From positions 480,001 to 544,000 of the forward strand of contig CAWKMU010000003.1 of NCBI GenBank assembly GCA_963850905.1: a stretch of DNA of 64,000 nucleotides, written 5' to 3'. The notes below the pieces were generated by a model. That model was not told the origin of the DNA and did no database searches. It worked only from the letters and a program-made list of their open reading frames with translations. The translations under genes were made by a program, and so were the position numbers. Positions 10,811 to 21,676 of the stretch are shown one piece after another; the first letter of the stretch is position 1, and each line of letters begins with the position of its first letter. Origin of the DNA: an uncultured Gemmatimonadales bacterium. Its GTDB lineage: Bacteria; Gemmatimonadota; Gemmatimonadetes; Gemmatimonadales; Gemmatimonadaceae.

Positions 10811-12012
10811 GTCAGCTGCAGCGCCAACCGATCGGCGCACTCCACGATCAGACGGCATCGCGCCGTCCAGCTGTGGCTCTCTTCGACGAGCCGCCGCGCA
10901 CGGGCGCCCATCGCGGGCAGCGCATCGCGTGCAGCGACCGCACGGCTCAGAGCAGCACGGAGGCCACCGACATCGTCGGACTTGAACAGGAAGCCAGTCT
11001 CGTTCGGTACCACGAGCTGCCGCGCATCCGCGACGGCGGACGAGAGGACCGGCTTCCCGACCGCCATGTACTCGTAAAGCTTGAGCGGCGAGCGAAACAC
11101 GGCACGCCCCTGCGATTCCGTATGTCCCGAGTATCCGACATCGCCGCTCGCGATCACGTGCGGCACCGACTCGCGCGATATCGTGCCGAGGAACCGCACG
11201 TACGGTCCAAGTCCGTAGCCCTCTACGAGACGCTCACAGTCGCGTCGGACTGGCCCGTCGCCAGCAATCACCGCATGGATGGGCAGATTCTCCTCACGCC
11301 GCAGGTCGGCGATCGCATGCAATAGCAGGTCGATCCCCTGCCAGGGTTCGATGCCGCCAGCGTAGACGACGGTGAACCCCTCGAACCTGCGGGGTTCGTC
11401 GGGCCGCGGGCGAAAGAAGTCGGTGTCGACGCCGTTGGGGACCACCGCGATCTTCTCGGCCGGGATGCCGAGCCGTGTCGTCACGAGCTGTTTCAGGGGT
11501 TCGCTGACGCAGACCAGCATGCTGCAGTCCAGGTAGGCCTGCCGCTCGTGGCGACGCGCGAGCGACGTCAGCACCAGGCTGTTGCGGTCGACGCGGGCCT
11601 CCTCCGACTGCATCTCGTTGGTCTCGAGGATCCACGGCACGCCCGCCTCCGCGAACGCCCGGCCAAGAGATTGGAAAACGGAAAACCGCTCGTACACCCA
11701 GTCGACACGCCCCGCCAACTCTCGCCACGCAGTGCGCGCGTTGACGGGTGACATCCCGATCCGCGCCACGTCGGCCAGCAGCGCCCACTGCCCGCCCTTT
11801 CGCAGCAGCTTGCCCGCATCGCGCGTGACGACCCCCGGTGAGCGATCCCCGACGATGTACGGCTCGACAGACCAGCCGATCCGGCGAAACCCGGACATCA
11901 CGCCGAGGATGTGCGACCGGGGACCGCCGATCTCGGCGTCCGGCCGCGTCGTGACCCGCGGCGCTCCGGAGAGATAGCCCAGCCGCCGCGGCGCCGTGTC
12001 GCAGACCGTCAT
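10807..12012 (-). CDS. Glycosyltransferase family 4
   Basis: VVPNGVD, SPLKLYEYMAVGKPV motifs; ATGA coupling with the flippase. Confidence 0.9.
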   Translation of the reverse strand: MTVCDTAPRRLGYLSGAPRVTTRPDAEIGGPRSHILGVMSGFRRIGWSVEPYIVGDRSPGVVTRDAGKLLRKGGQWALLADVARIGMSPVNARTAWRELAGRVDWVYERFSVFQSLGRAFAEAGVPWILETNEMQSEEARVDRNSLVLTSLARRHERQAYLDCSMLVCVSEPLKQLVTTRLGIPAEKIAVVPNGVDTDFFRPRPDEPRRFEGFTVVYAGGIEPWQGIDLLLHAIADLRREENLPIHAVIAGDGPVRRDCERLVEGYGLGPYVRFLGTISRESVPHVIASGDVGYSGHTESQGRAVFRSPLKLYEYMAVGKPVLSSAVADARQLVVPNETGFLFKSDDVGGLRAALSRAVAARDALPAMGARARRLVEESHSWTARCRLIVECADRLALQLT

Positions 12013-13319
12013 GAGCTGGCGCCTCCCGCCACGGCGCGGAGCGTGCCGGTCGATGGGCCGGCCGCGGCGCGAGATCGATCCTCCTCGCGGCAGACGCTCC
12101 AGAGAATCGTCCACATCAAAATGGCCAACAATCCGTCCGACGCGATGCTCGACCACGCAGCCCCGCGCCACGATGCCATCGCTATCAGCGGAATGTTAAC
12201 GAGGATGTTGAAGACCGCGACCGTCACCTGCGCGATCGTCCGCCGACCCTGATACCCAGCTCCCGTCAGCGTGTCGGCAGCGAAATAGTGCACCGACTTC
12301 AGGAGTGGCAGGATCGCCAACCACCGGGTGGCCTCCACACTCGCCGCGAAGCTCGCACCCAGGATCCGGGGGAGGATCGGTGCCATCAGGAAGAGCAGCG
12401 CGCCGGCCACCGCCGCGTATGCCATGGCGAGCGGCAGCAGTCGGCGCGCCAGGCTGAGGCCCGCCCGCGCGCCGTGAGCCCCGTGCTGGAAGAAGCGCGG
12501 ATAGGCTGCGGCGAGCACAGACCGGATGGGCACGAACGACACGTCGATCAGCCGGTATGCGGCGCTGTAAATGCCGGTCGCCTCGAGCGTGGAGAGCCGA
12601 GCGAGCATCCACTTGTCGATATCGTTGTAGATGTTCTGGGCGGACAGGCTCGTGGCGAAGTACGCGCCCTCTCGGAGTTCGGAGGCTGGATACCCGAACA
12701 CGATGGCTGGTCGACCCAGCTCGCGATTGGTGATGACCAGCGAGACGACGGCGGCCACCCCCGTGCTCGCTGCGTACCAGACCGCCCACCGCTCCGGAGT
12801 CGGGTGGCCCAGCAGGGCGAACGCCAGGGCTGCCACGGTGCGAAGACCCGACAGAAGCAGGGGAAACTGCGCAGTGCGTGAGAGTCGTTCGTGCGCCTGG
12901 AACGCTTGCCCGCTGATGTCGATGATACGCGCAAACACCAGGTCCGAGACCGCAACGCTCAGGATGAGCGAGAGCGAGATCGTTCGGGGCAGCGCCAGAT
13001 GCGCGATCAGCAGGACACCAACGGCGAGTGCCCCAGCCGATGCCAGCGTCACCGAGAGGGCGCCCCCCCAGTACCGCGCGAACCGGTCCGGCGAGCGCGC
13101 CACGTGCTTCACGAGCAGATTGCCCGCCCCCAGACTCGCGAACGGAGCCACGATCGCGACGAGCGCCACGGCACCCGCGAACGCGCCAAGGCCATCGGCG
13201 CCGAGAGCGCGCGCGACGACGACGAAATACAGCGCCTGAAATCCGACGCGAGCCCCATAGCCCAGCGTCATCCACGCCGTGTTGTGCGCGAAACGGCGGC
13301 GACGAGAGAGTTCCGTCAT
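12009..13319 (-). CDS. Wzx-type polysaccharide flippase
   Basis: About 12 TM helices; ARALGADGLG, IDKWML, GIYSAAYRL motifs; EPS cluster context. Confidence 0.85.
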   Translation of the reverse strand: MTELSRRRRFAHNTAWMTLGYGARVGFQALYFVVVARALGADGLGAFAGAVALVAIVAPFASLGAGNLLVKHVARSPDRFARYWGGALSVTLASAGALAVGVLLIAHLALPRTISLSLILSVAVSDLVFARIIDISGQAFQAHERLSRTAQFPLLLSGLRTVAALAFALLGHPTPERWAVWYAASTGVAAVVSLVITNRELGRPAIVFGYPASELREGAYFATSLSAQNIYNDIDKWMLARLSTLEATGIYSAAYRLIDVSFVPIRSVLAAAYPRFFQHGAHGARAGLSLARRLLPLAMAYAAVAGALLFLMAPILPRILGASFAASVEATRWLAILPLLKSVHYFAADTLTGAGYQGRRTIAQVTVAVFNILVNIPLIAMASWRGAAWSSIASDGLLAILMWTILWSVCREEDRSRAAAGPSTGTLRAVAGGASS

Positions 13320-13409
13320 CGCCAGAGCCCGGCCGCCGTCAGCGATGGCCTATCGCTGCGCGACCGCACGACGGTTGCGCGCATCACGATCGATCGCGCC
13401 TGCCACCCG

Positions 13410-15011
13410 CTACGCCGCGCCCCGACCGCGAATGACGGCAGGCAACGTCATCGCGAGAATCCGCAAGTCCAGCCCGATCGACCACCCGTCAATGTACTCG
13501 AGGTCGAGCGCAACCCACCGATCGAATGCGAGCTCGCTCCGACCCATGACCTGCCAAAGCCCAGTGATCCCCGGCGGCACACTGAATCGCCGCATGAGCC
13601 ACGACTCCGAGAACCGGTGCACATCACGAACCGGCAAGGGCCGCGGACCAACGAGCGACATGTCGCCCCGCAACACGTTGAACAGTTGGGGCAACTCATC
13701 CAGCGAGGTCCGGCGGAGAAAGCGGCCCAGCGCCGTCACTCGCGGATCATCCCGAATCTTGAATACCGGGCCGGTTGCCTCGTTGCGCTCCTCGAGCTCC
13801 TCCTGGAGGTGCTCGGCCCCCGCGATCATCGTGCGGAACTTGTACATCGAGAAGCGTCGTTTGTTCAGGCCGAAGCGTTCCTGTTTGAAGATGATCGGTC
13901 CCGGGCTACTGAGCCTGATCGCCAGAGCGATGAGCACCATGAGGGGCGACGCACAGAGCAACCCCACTCCGCCGCCGACGAGGTCGATGGTTCGCTTGAT
14001 GAGCAGCCGTTGGTCATCGGTCACGACGTGCATGCGCACGACCTGGAACCGACCTGTGCTCTCGAATGTCGGCCGCGCCAGCGACGACTGAAACACGTCC
14101 GCGAGATACGCGGCGCGAATCCCGAGTCGCTCACACAGCCCGATCGTGTCCTGGATCTCGACGTATCGCGACTTGATCGGCAGCGTGATCAGCACGTCGT
14201 CGATGACGTGGCGCACCAGGATGTCCTCGAGCTCATCCAGGTCGCCAAGCATACGCCGCCTGATCTCTTCGGCGGGCTCGTCATCCGTCGTGTCGACGAA
14301 CCCATACACGTGCACCGCCCCACCCACGTGCTGGTGTAGCTCGCGATAGAGACGCAGCGCCCGCGGCCCGCTACCGACGATGAGCACATTCCGCACGGCG
14401 GCAGCCGGCGGTGGCGCGGCGGCCTGCCAGACGAGCCAGCGAAGCGCAGCGAGTCCGACCGCCGCCACGACAACAAACCCCGCAACGGTCGCCGGCTTCA
14501 CCGCGCCAGTGCTACTGGCCAGCGGGAACAGCACGAGCGGGATCCCGCCGACGAGACAGGCGCCCACGAGCCGCGCGGCGTACTGGACCGGCGTGCCGAG
14601 GCGACGCTCATCGTACAGGCCGAATCCGGTCAGACTGGCGTGCATCACCCACGCGAACAACCCGACCAGGATGAGGTTCTTGATCGTGACCCGCATGTCG
14701 AGGAATGCAAGGAGCCCGCGCTCGCCAGCGTGACTCGCATTCGTCAGCACGAAGACGCCAAAGACGCCCGCCAGGACGACGACGACGTCGAGGTACCGAC
14801 AGGCGTCGAGCATCCGCTGCGCAGCACGCGGCGCACGCGGCCGCCGCGCGACTCGAGGACCGTTCCGACGACCCGTCCCCTCCAGCCACCCATCACCGTT
14901 CGGGACCGCCCACCCGCTCGCTGCCGCAGCTCTGGTGCCGTTCGAAGTTGCCGGGACGCCCGTCTCCTGCGCGACGTCCGATGCCGGACCTGTTCTGAGT
15001 GGAGCGATCAC
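13410..15011 (-). CDS. Priming sugar transferase (WcaJ/WbaP-like phosphoglycosyltransferase)
   Basis: KFRTM, DDPRVT..GRFLRRTSLDELPQLFNVLRGDMSLVGPRP, PGITGLWQV. Confidence 0.95.
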   Translation of the reverse strand: MIAPLRTGPASDVAQETGVPATSNGTRAAAASGWAVPNGDGWLEGTGRRNGPRVARRPRAPRAAQRMLDACRYLDVVVVLAGVFGVFVLTNASHAGERGLLAFLDMRVTIKNLILVGLFAWVMHASLTGFGLYDERRLGTPVQYAARLVGACLVGGIPLVLFPLASSTGAVKPATVAGFVVVAAVGLAALRWLVWQAAAPPPAAAVRNVLIVGSGPRALRLYRELHQHVGGAVHVYGFVDTTDDEPAEEIRRRMLGDLDELEDILVRHVIDDVLITLPIKSRYVEIQDTIGLCERLGIRAAYLADVFQSSLARPTFESTGRFQVVRMHVVTDDQRLLIKRTIDLVGGGVGLLCASPLMVLIALAIRLSSPGPIIFKQERFGLNKRRFSMYKFRTMIAGAEHLQEELEERNEATGPVFKIRDDPRVTALGRFLRRTSLDELPQLFNVLRGDMSLVGPRPLPVRDVHRFSESWLMRRFSVPPGITGLWQVMGRSELAFDRWVALDLEYIDGWSIGLDLRILAMTLPAVIRGRGAA

Positions 15012-15016
15012 CTCAC

Positions 15017-17512
15017 CTACGCCTCCGCCATGTAGTAGCGGTCGCGGTGCCCGTAGAACCGATAGGCACCGTCGTACGCCGCCTCGCGATGGAAATCGAT
15101 ATCGTTGAGCACGGCTCCCAACACCGGTGCGCGTACATGCCGCAACTGCTCCATTGCGAATGTCAGCGCCTGAACTGCGGTCACACCCGATCGCACGACC
15201 ATGACGACGCCATCGGCATACTTTGCAAGTAGCGCCCCGTCGGTCACGACATTGATCGGGGGCGAGTCGATGATGATCGTGTCGTAGTGATCCCTGAGAC
15301 GGTTGAGCAGCGCCAGCATCGCCGCACTGCTCAGGACCGTCGCCGGGTTGTGCGGCAGTGTGCCGGTCGTGATGTAGTGCAGCGATCCCACGCGACCGAG
15401 GTCGGCCCGTCGCACAGCCGACTCGAGCGGCGCGGACCCGTCGAGAATGTTGGTCAACCCGGGCTCTCGCTGCGCCCCGAAAATCCGATTGATGATGCCG
15501 CGACGGAGGTCACCGTCAATGAGCACGACGCTGTGCCCCCGCTGCACGAGTGTCACGGCGAGATTCGTCGCGCTGGTCGTCTTGCCATCGCCCGACAGCG
15601 GGCTCGTGAGTACGAGCAGCTGCACCTTCGCGTCGGGATGCATGTACGCAAGGTTCGTTTGGAGCGTGCTGTACGCCTCGGCCACCGCATTCCGCGCCGC
15701 TGGATCCGTGACGACCACCGCGTCACCGCTCCCGTTTGCGCGTTCCGCGAGGACGCGCGCCTTGCCGCGAAGCGGCACTTTGAGTGTCGCGCCCGGTGGA
15801 CCCAATTCCTCGGCCAGGCGGAGCCGCGCGAGAAAGCGGTCGGCCGCGGTCATCCGCGGGATCAAGCCAAGAACCGGAGTCCCTGCCGCCGCCAGCACGT
15901 CCGCGCGCGTGTGAATCGCGTGATCGCGGCTCTCGCGCATGAAGGCAAGACCGAGCCCGAGCATCGTGCCGAGGATGATCCCCGCGAGCCCATAGAGAAG
16001 CGGCCTCGGCCGCACGGGCTTCCGCGCAAGCTCCGAGGGATCCATGACATGGACGCTGGGGTCTTTCACGGCTGCCGCGACCTGCGCCTCTTTGAGACGG
16101 GTCTGCAGCGTCGTGTAAATGTCCTGAAGCACGTCCGGCTGGCGCGACAACTCCGCCATTTGCACTTGCTTGGCAGGAATCGATCGCATCGACGCTTCCT
16201 GGGTGCGGAGCACGCTGTCGTCAGCGGTGATCTGGGCCGTGAGGCCTTCCAGGTACGTCGATGCGATCCCGTGCAGTTGCTGCTCAATGTCGTCCACGCG
16301 GTTGTCGAGAACCTTGATATCCGGATCGTTCGGCATGCGTCGCTGCAGGAGCGCGGTCCGTTCGTCCTCGACAGTTGCCAGTGAGCTGAGGAGCGTCGAC
16401 GCCGTGTTGTTCCGCAGCAGCGTCGGGAATGCAATGAGGCGCTGGTACGGCGACGGTTGATCTGGCCGCTGCTTCGCGGCCTCTGCGGTGACGCTTGCCA
16501 TCACGGTGCTCAGGGCCTCGCGCTCGGCCGCGACCGTGTTCCGATCGGCCTGCGTTTCCGCCAGATGCGTCACGTCCGAGGTCGCCTCGTCGGGCAGGCT
16601 CACGACGTTGTTCTTCTCGCGGAACGTTTGGAGCGCGGACTCCGACACACTGAGCTCGCGGCCGACGCTATCCAGTTGCTCGCGAAGCACCTTGGCTGTC
16701 CCGCGCGCTTCCGCCGTGCTCAATCCCTGCCGATCCACGATGAAGAGCCCAGCCAGTACATCCGGCACCGCCTTCACGATCTCCTTGTCCGGTCCTCGAT
16801 AGGCGATCTCGAGGACATTCGCGTCGCGATCGGGGCGGGTGATCTTGAGCGTCTTGCCAAATGCCTCGACCGCCGCCAGCTCGCCCATGATCGTCACGGT
16901 GAACTTCTCGAGAGCGAGCGTCGGCGCCAGCGTCGCACTGAACGACGGGAACGTGACGCTCCCCCCAGGTCGCACGACCCTTACATCCTTATCGCTGAGC
17001 TCGTCGTGGATCACGTAGGCGCCATCGGGCAACCGACGGCGGAAAGTGTAGTCGGCCGAGTCATTGGCAGACGCGACTTTGAATGCCGTGAAGAGCGAGG
17101 TTCGCGGCGTGTTGAGGGGCGTCGTGACCGCACGCAGGCCGAGGGAGTCGATGACCCCCTCCGCGAGCATCCGACTCTGCAACGCTTCCTGCTCCGTGCT
17201 CACGTCTCGATCCTGCCCAAGCCGCGTGAGCACACTGGGCAAGTCCACCTTGGTGTCTTCCAGGCGAATCGACGCCGTCGCCTCGTAGATGCGGGTTGAG
17301 AAAATCGTATACAGCCCGACCACTAGTGTCACCCCGATGACACTTGCGGCGACCAGCAATCGGTGGCGCCGCACGAGCGCCCAGAGACCGCTGATTGTCG
17401 CGGGGTCGACATGGGCGAAATGATCGTTTGGCAGCGAGATCGCGACCCGCTGCGCCTCGAAGCCCGCGGGCAGTTGCGGGGGGTGCGGGGAGTTGCCGTT
17501 AGTGGGAAGCAT
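15017..17512 (-). CDS. Wzc-like polysaccharide co-polymerase / BY-kinase
   Basis: N-terminal TM, coiled coils, second TM, Walker A SPLSGDGKT, DGDLRR, IIIDSPP, Tyr-rich C-terminal tail. Confidence 0.92.
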   Translation of the reverse strand: MLPTNGNSPHPPQLPAGFEAQRVAISLPNDHFAHVDPATISGLWALVRRHRLLVAASVIGVTLVVGLYTIFSTRIYEATASIRLEDTKVDLPSVLTRLGQDRDVSTEQEALQSRMLAEGVIDSLGLRAVTTPLNTPRTSLFTAFKVASANDSADYTFRRRLPDGAYVIHDELSDKDVRVVRPGGSVTFPSFSATLAPTLALEKFTVTIMGELAAVEAFGKTLKITRPDRDANVLEIAYRGPDKEIVKAVPDVLAGLFIVDRQGLSTAEARGTAKVLREQLDSVGRELSVSESALQTFREKNNVVSLPDEATSDVTHLAETQADRNTVAAEREALSTVMASVTAEAAKQRPDQPSPYQRLIAFPTLLRNNTASTLLSSLATVEDERTALLQRRMPNDPDIKVLDNRVDDIEQQLHGIASTYLEGLTAQITADDSVLRTQEASMRSIPAKQVQMAELSRQPDVLQDIYTTLQTRLKEAQVAAAVKDPSVHVMDPSELARKPVRPRPLLYGLAGIILGTMLGLGLAFMRESRDHAIHTRADVLAAAGTPVLGLIPRMTAADRFLARLRLAEELGPPGATLKVPLRGKARVLAERANGSGDAVVVTDPAARNAVAEAYSTLQTNLAYMHPDAKVQLLVLTSPLSGDGKTTSATNLAVTLVQRGHSVVLIDGDLRRGIINRIFGAQREPGLTNILDGSAPLESAVRRADLGRVGSLHYITTGTLPHNPATVLSSAAMLALLNRLRDHYDTIIIDSPPINVVTDGALLAKYADGVVMVVRSGVTAVQALTFAMEQLRHVRAPVLGAVLNDIDFHREAAYDGAYRFYGHRDRYYMAEA

Positions 17513-17631
17513 GGTCACATCGAGGAGAAGAGGGCATGTATGAGGCTCCAATCGCATCGGCCGTGCCTCGGAGCACCAAGCCCATCCATGTTCGATGTCG
17601 TGCGAGTGCGCGGAGCGAGCTCATCGCTTAG

Positions 17632-18399
17632 TCAGAATCCGTGATTGAGCGAAATGAGTGTTGTGCCCAAGATGGCGACAGCGCCGATCACGGCTCCGAC
17701 GATGTATCCATTTCGAGCGATCCAGCTCCGCTCCGGGATGAACAGTTCGTCGCCGGAACGAATCTCCGTCGTTCCGATTTGCTCCGACGTCGTGATCGCC
17801 ACGCTTTGTTTTTTGCCGTTACGGATGAGCTCGAGCTTTTTCTGATTCCCGTCCGGCGTCGCCCCGCCTGCCAGCGCAATAGCGTCGGCCACCGACATCG
17901 TCGGATCGACCGGATACAGCCCCGGGTTCTTGATGGCGCCAAGCACGGTAACGCGTCGGAGCGGCGTGATCTCGATCGCGGGGTCGCGGAGGTATTCAGA
18001 GTACGTCGCGATCAGCAGGCGCTGCAGCGAATCGACCGTCATGTCGGTGACATGGATGCTGCCGATCTTCGGAAAGACGGCCTCCCCGTGCACGTTGACG
18101 TCGTAGTCGCCAGAGAGATCCGGCTCGCGCCAGATCTTGAGTCGCACGATATCGCCAGGGTACAGCACGTCGCGCGGATCAGGTGGTCGCTGCGCGAGCT
18201 GTGCGGACTCCGTGGTCGAGCGCCCGCCCGCAGCGAGCGTCGCCGGTTGCTGGGCGCTTCCGGCAGCCGCGGGCATCGGCGCGGGCGACGCCACGCCGCC
18301 CCGCGAGGCCACGCTCGAGGGGGCACACGCCACCACAGCCAACACCCCTGCCACACAAAGCGCGACCGCAGTCGGCAGTCGCCGCGTCGACTCAGTCAC
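17632..18399 (-). CDS. Wza-like polysaccharide export lipoprotein (Poly_export + SLBB)
   Basis: Lipobox VVAC; PGDIVRLKIWREPDLSG, VLGAIKNPGLY, AIALAGG; GGAGAG RBS before GTG 18399. Confidence 0.85.
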   Translation of the reverse strand: MTESTRRLPTAVALCVAGVLAVVACAPSSVASRGGVASPAPMPAAAGSAQQPATLAAGGRSTTESAQLAQRPPDPRDVLYPGDIVRLKIWREPDLSGDYDVNVHGEAVFPKIGSIHVTDMTVDSLQRLLIATYSEYLRDPAIEITPLRRVTVLGAIKNPGLYPVDPTMSVADAIALAGGATPDGNQKKLELIRNGKKQSVAITTSEQIGTTEIRSGDELFIPERSWIARNGYIVGAVIGAVAILGTTLISLNHGF

Positions 18400-18967
18400 T
18401 TTGTCGCTCTCCGAGCGGCCGTGGGTCGAGTTCGCGTGATTTCTCACTCCGGATTCGAAAACGGATGCGTTCTGGCGTCGTCGACTAGAGTCGACGTCGC
18501 GCATGTTGGAAATGGATCCCTTGTTCGACATCGTTCGTCCTTGCTCCCTGGACCACGGACGCTGAATACGCAACGAGCCGCAAGTCCCGCACCCAACCGT
18601 GCTCATGACCGCTGGTGTACGACACTGCGTTGTTGCATCCAAGGTCTAATGTGATGCACCTCACTCTTGACCGAGGACCTCACGGACGAATCCGTTAGGC
18701 AAGACAGGGACCACGCAGCGTGTGATCCGCCCCGTCGCTCCAAAACCGGTGCACGATGGGTACGAAGGTCTGCATAGGGCGACTGCATACTCGGCCAATG
18801 CGCGGACGCCTGCGCTCGGGCGAGAGCGGGACGCAATGCGTGCAGCGAACGAGAGTGGATACGGTCTCGGGCCCGCCACGCGCTCGCGCGAGGACAGCAT
18901 TGAGATCACAAAGTGGACGCGACGAGCGCGCTCTGCCCACACTCCGGCGTCCGATCGCGAATCGCTG

Positions 18968-19897
18968 CTACGCCGGCTGGCTCGCGGCGCTCGCGGCCGC
19001 GGCGCCGCGGCGCGCCCGAAGCGCCGACCGCATCGCTTCGCCTTCCGGCGAAGCCTTCAGGGGATGGACCGCCAGCATCTGGCGCTCGAGCAGTGCAGAA
19101 GCAGTCTGGGGAATTGGAGGGCGGAACTGGATCCAGACGCGGGCCTTCGTGGGATCCTGCGTGATGTCGATGAGTTGATGCCCGACGGCCTTCGTCGCGA
19201 GGCCCAAGAGTACGTCTTCCTCAACGGTCAGTGCGCGATAGCGATCCGGGATCGCACCCAGGAAGCCTGAGTCGTGAATTGCCCGGAGCGTGTCGCCGTG
19301 CATCCCGCTCAGCGCACCCAGCACGTGCTCGCCCATCGCGTAGCCGTGGCGGCGGGCGAGCGGGAGGTAAGACGCCCAGAACGGGAGGCCGACCCGCACG
19401 GACCGTCGATCCTTGTGGACGCCGACCGGCAGCAAGTCGAGCAGCATGTTGCGGCGCAGCCGGCTAAAGGTGCGTGCTCCGCCGTTGGCCCCAATGCGGT
19501 ACGGCCCGACGACTCCGGGCCCGACGGCGGCGAACCGGCGTCGCATGAGATCGGCGACGCCCGGCGCGATGAGGTAGGTATCCGGATCTATCTTGATGAT
19601 GAGTTCCGGTACGCGCGGCTCGCAGGCGATCGTCTCGAGCAGCGAGAACACCGACGTCGCGATCCCACGGTACCCGCGCCGCTCGGGATTGCGCAGCACG
19701 AGCGCCCCCGGATGAGCCGCCGCCCACCCGGTCAGAATGTCGTGCGTGCCGTCCGTCGTGCAGTCATCGAGCACCCAGATGCCCGCCGCCGGCTCGCACG
19801 CCCGAATGCTGTCGAGCGTGTCGGCCGCAAGCTCGCCCTCGCCAGGGCCGACGACCATCATGAACAACGTCGCGCGAGACGTCGCTGCTGTGCCCAT
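18968..19897 (-). CDS. Glycosyltransferase family 2-like protein
   Basis: VLDDCTTDGT, LRNPERRGY, KIDPD (DxD), VEED motifs. Confidence 0.7.
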   Translation of the reverse strand: MGTAATSRATLFMMVVGPGEGELAADTLDSIRACEPAAGIWVLDDCTTDGTHDILTGWAAAHPGALVLRNPERRGYRGIATSVFSLLETIACEPRVPELIIKIDPDTYLIAPGVADLMRRRFAAVGPGVVGPYRIGANGGARTFSRLRRNMLLDLLPVGVHKDRRSVRVGLPFWASYLPLARRHGYAMGEHVLGALSGMHGDTLRAIHDSGFLGAIPDRYRALTVEEDVLLGLATKAVGHQLIDITQDPTKARVWIQFRPPIPQTASALLERQMLAVHPLKASPEGEAMRSALRARRGAAAASAASQPA

Positions 19898-19992
19898 CAG
19901 CCCCGTGAATGAGGCAAGATTCGCGCAACGGCCGCGCGGGCGCGGGGGTAGTGAAGGAATCTTAGCGCGATCCGCCCAGCCACAAGGAAATG

Positions 19993-20020
19993 GGGGCCGG
20001 TGGCATTGGCCACCGGCCCC
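19993..20020. terminator. GC-rich hairpin downstream of the truncated TonB receptor copy
   Basis: GGGGCCGGTGGC-ATTG-GCCACCGGCCCC flanked by short A/T runs. Confidence 0.6.
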
Positions 20021-20113
20021 ACTTTTTCCTGGCCCCGCCGTTCAGTTCCCTACTTGCTACTTTCTGTGCTTCTCCTCTCTCGGGCGCGCAGCGCCCGCGC
20101 CCTCACCCCGCTC

Positions 20114-21430
20114 TTAAAAGCCCTGCCGGTATCCGATCATGACGGTCGTGCCGTAATACTCACGCTGGTTGTTCCACGGGTGCAGCGTCGTGCCCGTGAA
20201 AAAGCCGAAGACCGCGTTATTCGATGTTGACCGCTTGGAGCGTCACTGCACTGCGACCGAAGATCGTCCATGCGAACGAGCCGTCGATCTGGAAGTGCGG
20301 ATAGTTGTACACGTCGCCGTTCGTCGGATCGCTCGTGCCGTTCGTGCCGTACTGGTAGATGCTCGACCCTTGATACTGCCCCGTAATCCGCGCCGAGATC
20401 GAGGCTGTAGTCGTACAGAAGCGACAGGTTGAACATGTTCGGGAACTGACGCGGGATCGCCGCGTGTCGGTACGGTGTGTGAGCAAATTGGTTGATCGAG
20501 TCGCCGTTCACTGGATCGTGTAGCCGACATTGAGCGCAAAGGTCGTGTCCTGCGGGACGATCGCGCGTGACTCGACGTGCGTGTAGTTGACGTCGAACCC
20601 GAGGCCACGCAGCGCACCAGGCAAGAAATGCGAAGTGCTGCATGTAGTCGAACTCCACACCCCACAGCGTTGCACTCGGTCCGTTCTGCGGCTGCTCGAC
20701 GTAGGTGTTGGCTTCGCCGTCCGAGAGCGGCCCATTGTAGGCAGCGATGCGATAGAAAATGAAATCATTAATGCTCTTGTAGAACGCCCCAGCAGAAATC
20801 ACGCCGACGCTCGAGAGGTAGTGTTCGCCCAAGAGATCGTAATTCCACGCGTGCTCTGGTTTGAGGTTGGGATTGCCTTCGGTGATAGGAGTCTGGATCC
20901 CGCCTCCTTGGGCACCATCCGCGATGATATCGGGTGCGAGCTGGACGTAGTCAGGCCGGGCAATGCCACGCGTCACCGCGAGCCGGAGATTCGTGTTTTC
21001 GTCGAGTGCGTATTTCAATTGCAGACTCGGGAACAGATCGGTGTACGCACTGGTGCCGTGGACCCGACCAGCGATGTAGGGCGTCGCCGTATCTGACGGG
21101 CCCTGGGTTGCCGCATATCCTACGTAGCCAATATTTGTGTTCTCGACGCGCAGGCCGACGTTGATGTGTAGGGCGTTCACGTCCAAGTTCTGCATGACAT
21201 ACGCGGCGGTCGTCTGCTCCGTCCCGGCAAAAGTCGCTGACGAGTCGGCAACGCCTTGCGGCTGGTACTGCCAGAGCCCCGGGTTGGCCAGCAAGTTCTT
21301 GTTCACAGCGGGAAGGCTCCCGAACGGCGCAAGCTGATAGCAACCGGAGCAGACAGCGCTATAGAAGCCTGGATCATTGTAGTTCGAGAGGAACTGTCCC
21401 AAATTCAAGTTGGAGGTCGGTACGTAAGCT
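20114..21430 (-). pseudogene. 5'-truncated, frameshifted paralog of the adjacent TonB-dependent receptor (C-terminal ~430 codons)
   Basis: Collinear with 21677-~22975 (QFLSNY.DPGFY..C.GCYQLAPFGSLPAVN ... YRQGF*); apparent +1 indels near 20627, 20405 and 20223. Confidence 0.85.
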
Positions 21431-21601
21431 ACCGGCACCTCCTCCGAGGCGTGGTCACGCCAGGGCAACGCCGTGCACCGACCTTGCCTTGCCTGGTCCA
21501 CGCTTCCGTCTAGGATGTGTCACGCCCTTCGGTGTGTCCCTCCGGCCTTCCAAGCTGAACGTGTTGACGGACCGGCCTTTGTGAACTGCGCGCGGTCCCG
21601 A

Positions 21602-21627
21602 GGGCCGGTGACAATCGCCACCGGCCC
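21602..21627 (-). terminator. Hairpin downstream of the intact TonB receptor
   Basis: GGGCCGGTG-ACAATCGC-CACCGGCCC, homologous to the hairpin at 19993. Confidence 0.5.
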
Positions 21628-21676
21628 CCGCGTACTGTCGTCCTACCAGACCCCAGACCCCAGACCCGCGCGCGCG

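Noticed and set aside
18400..18960. Long leader upstream of the EPS operon as an ncRNA
   Set aside because: Probably regulatory DNA, but I could not identify a supportable motif or fold.
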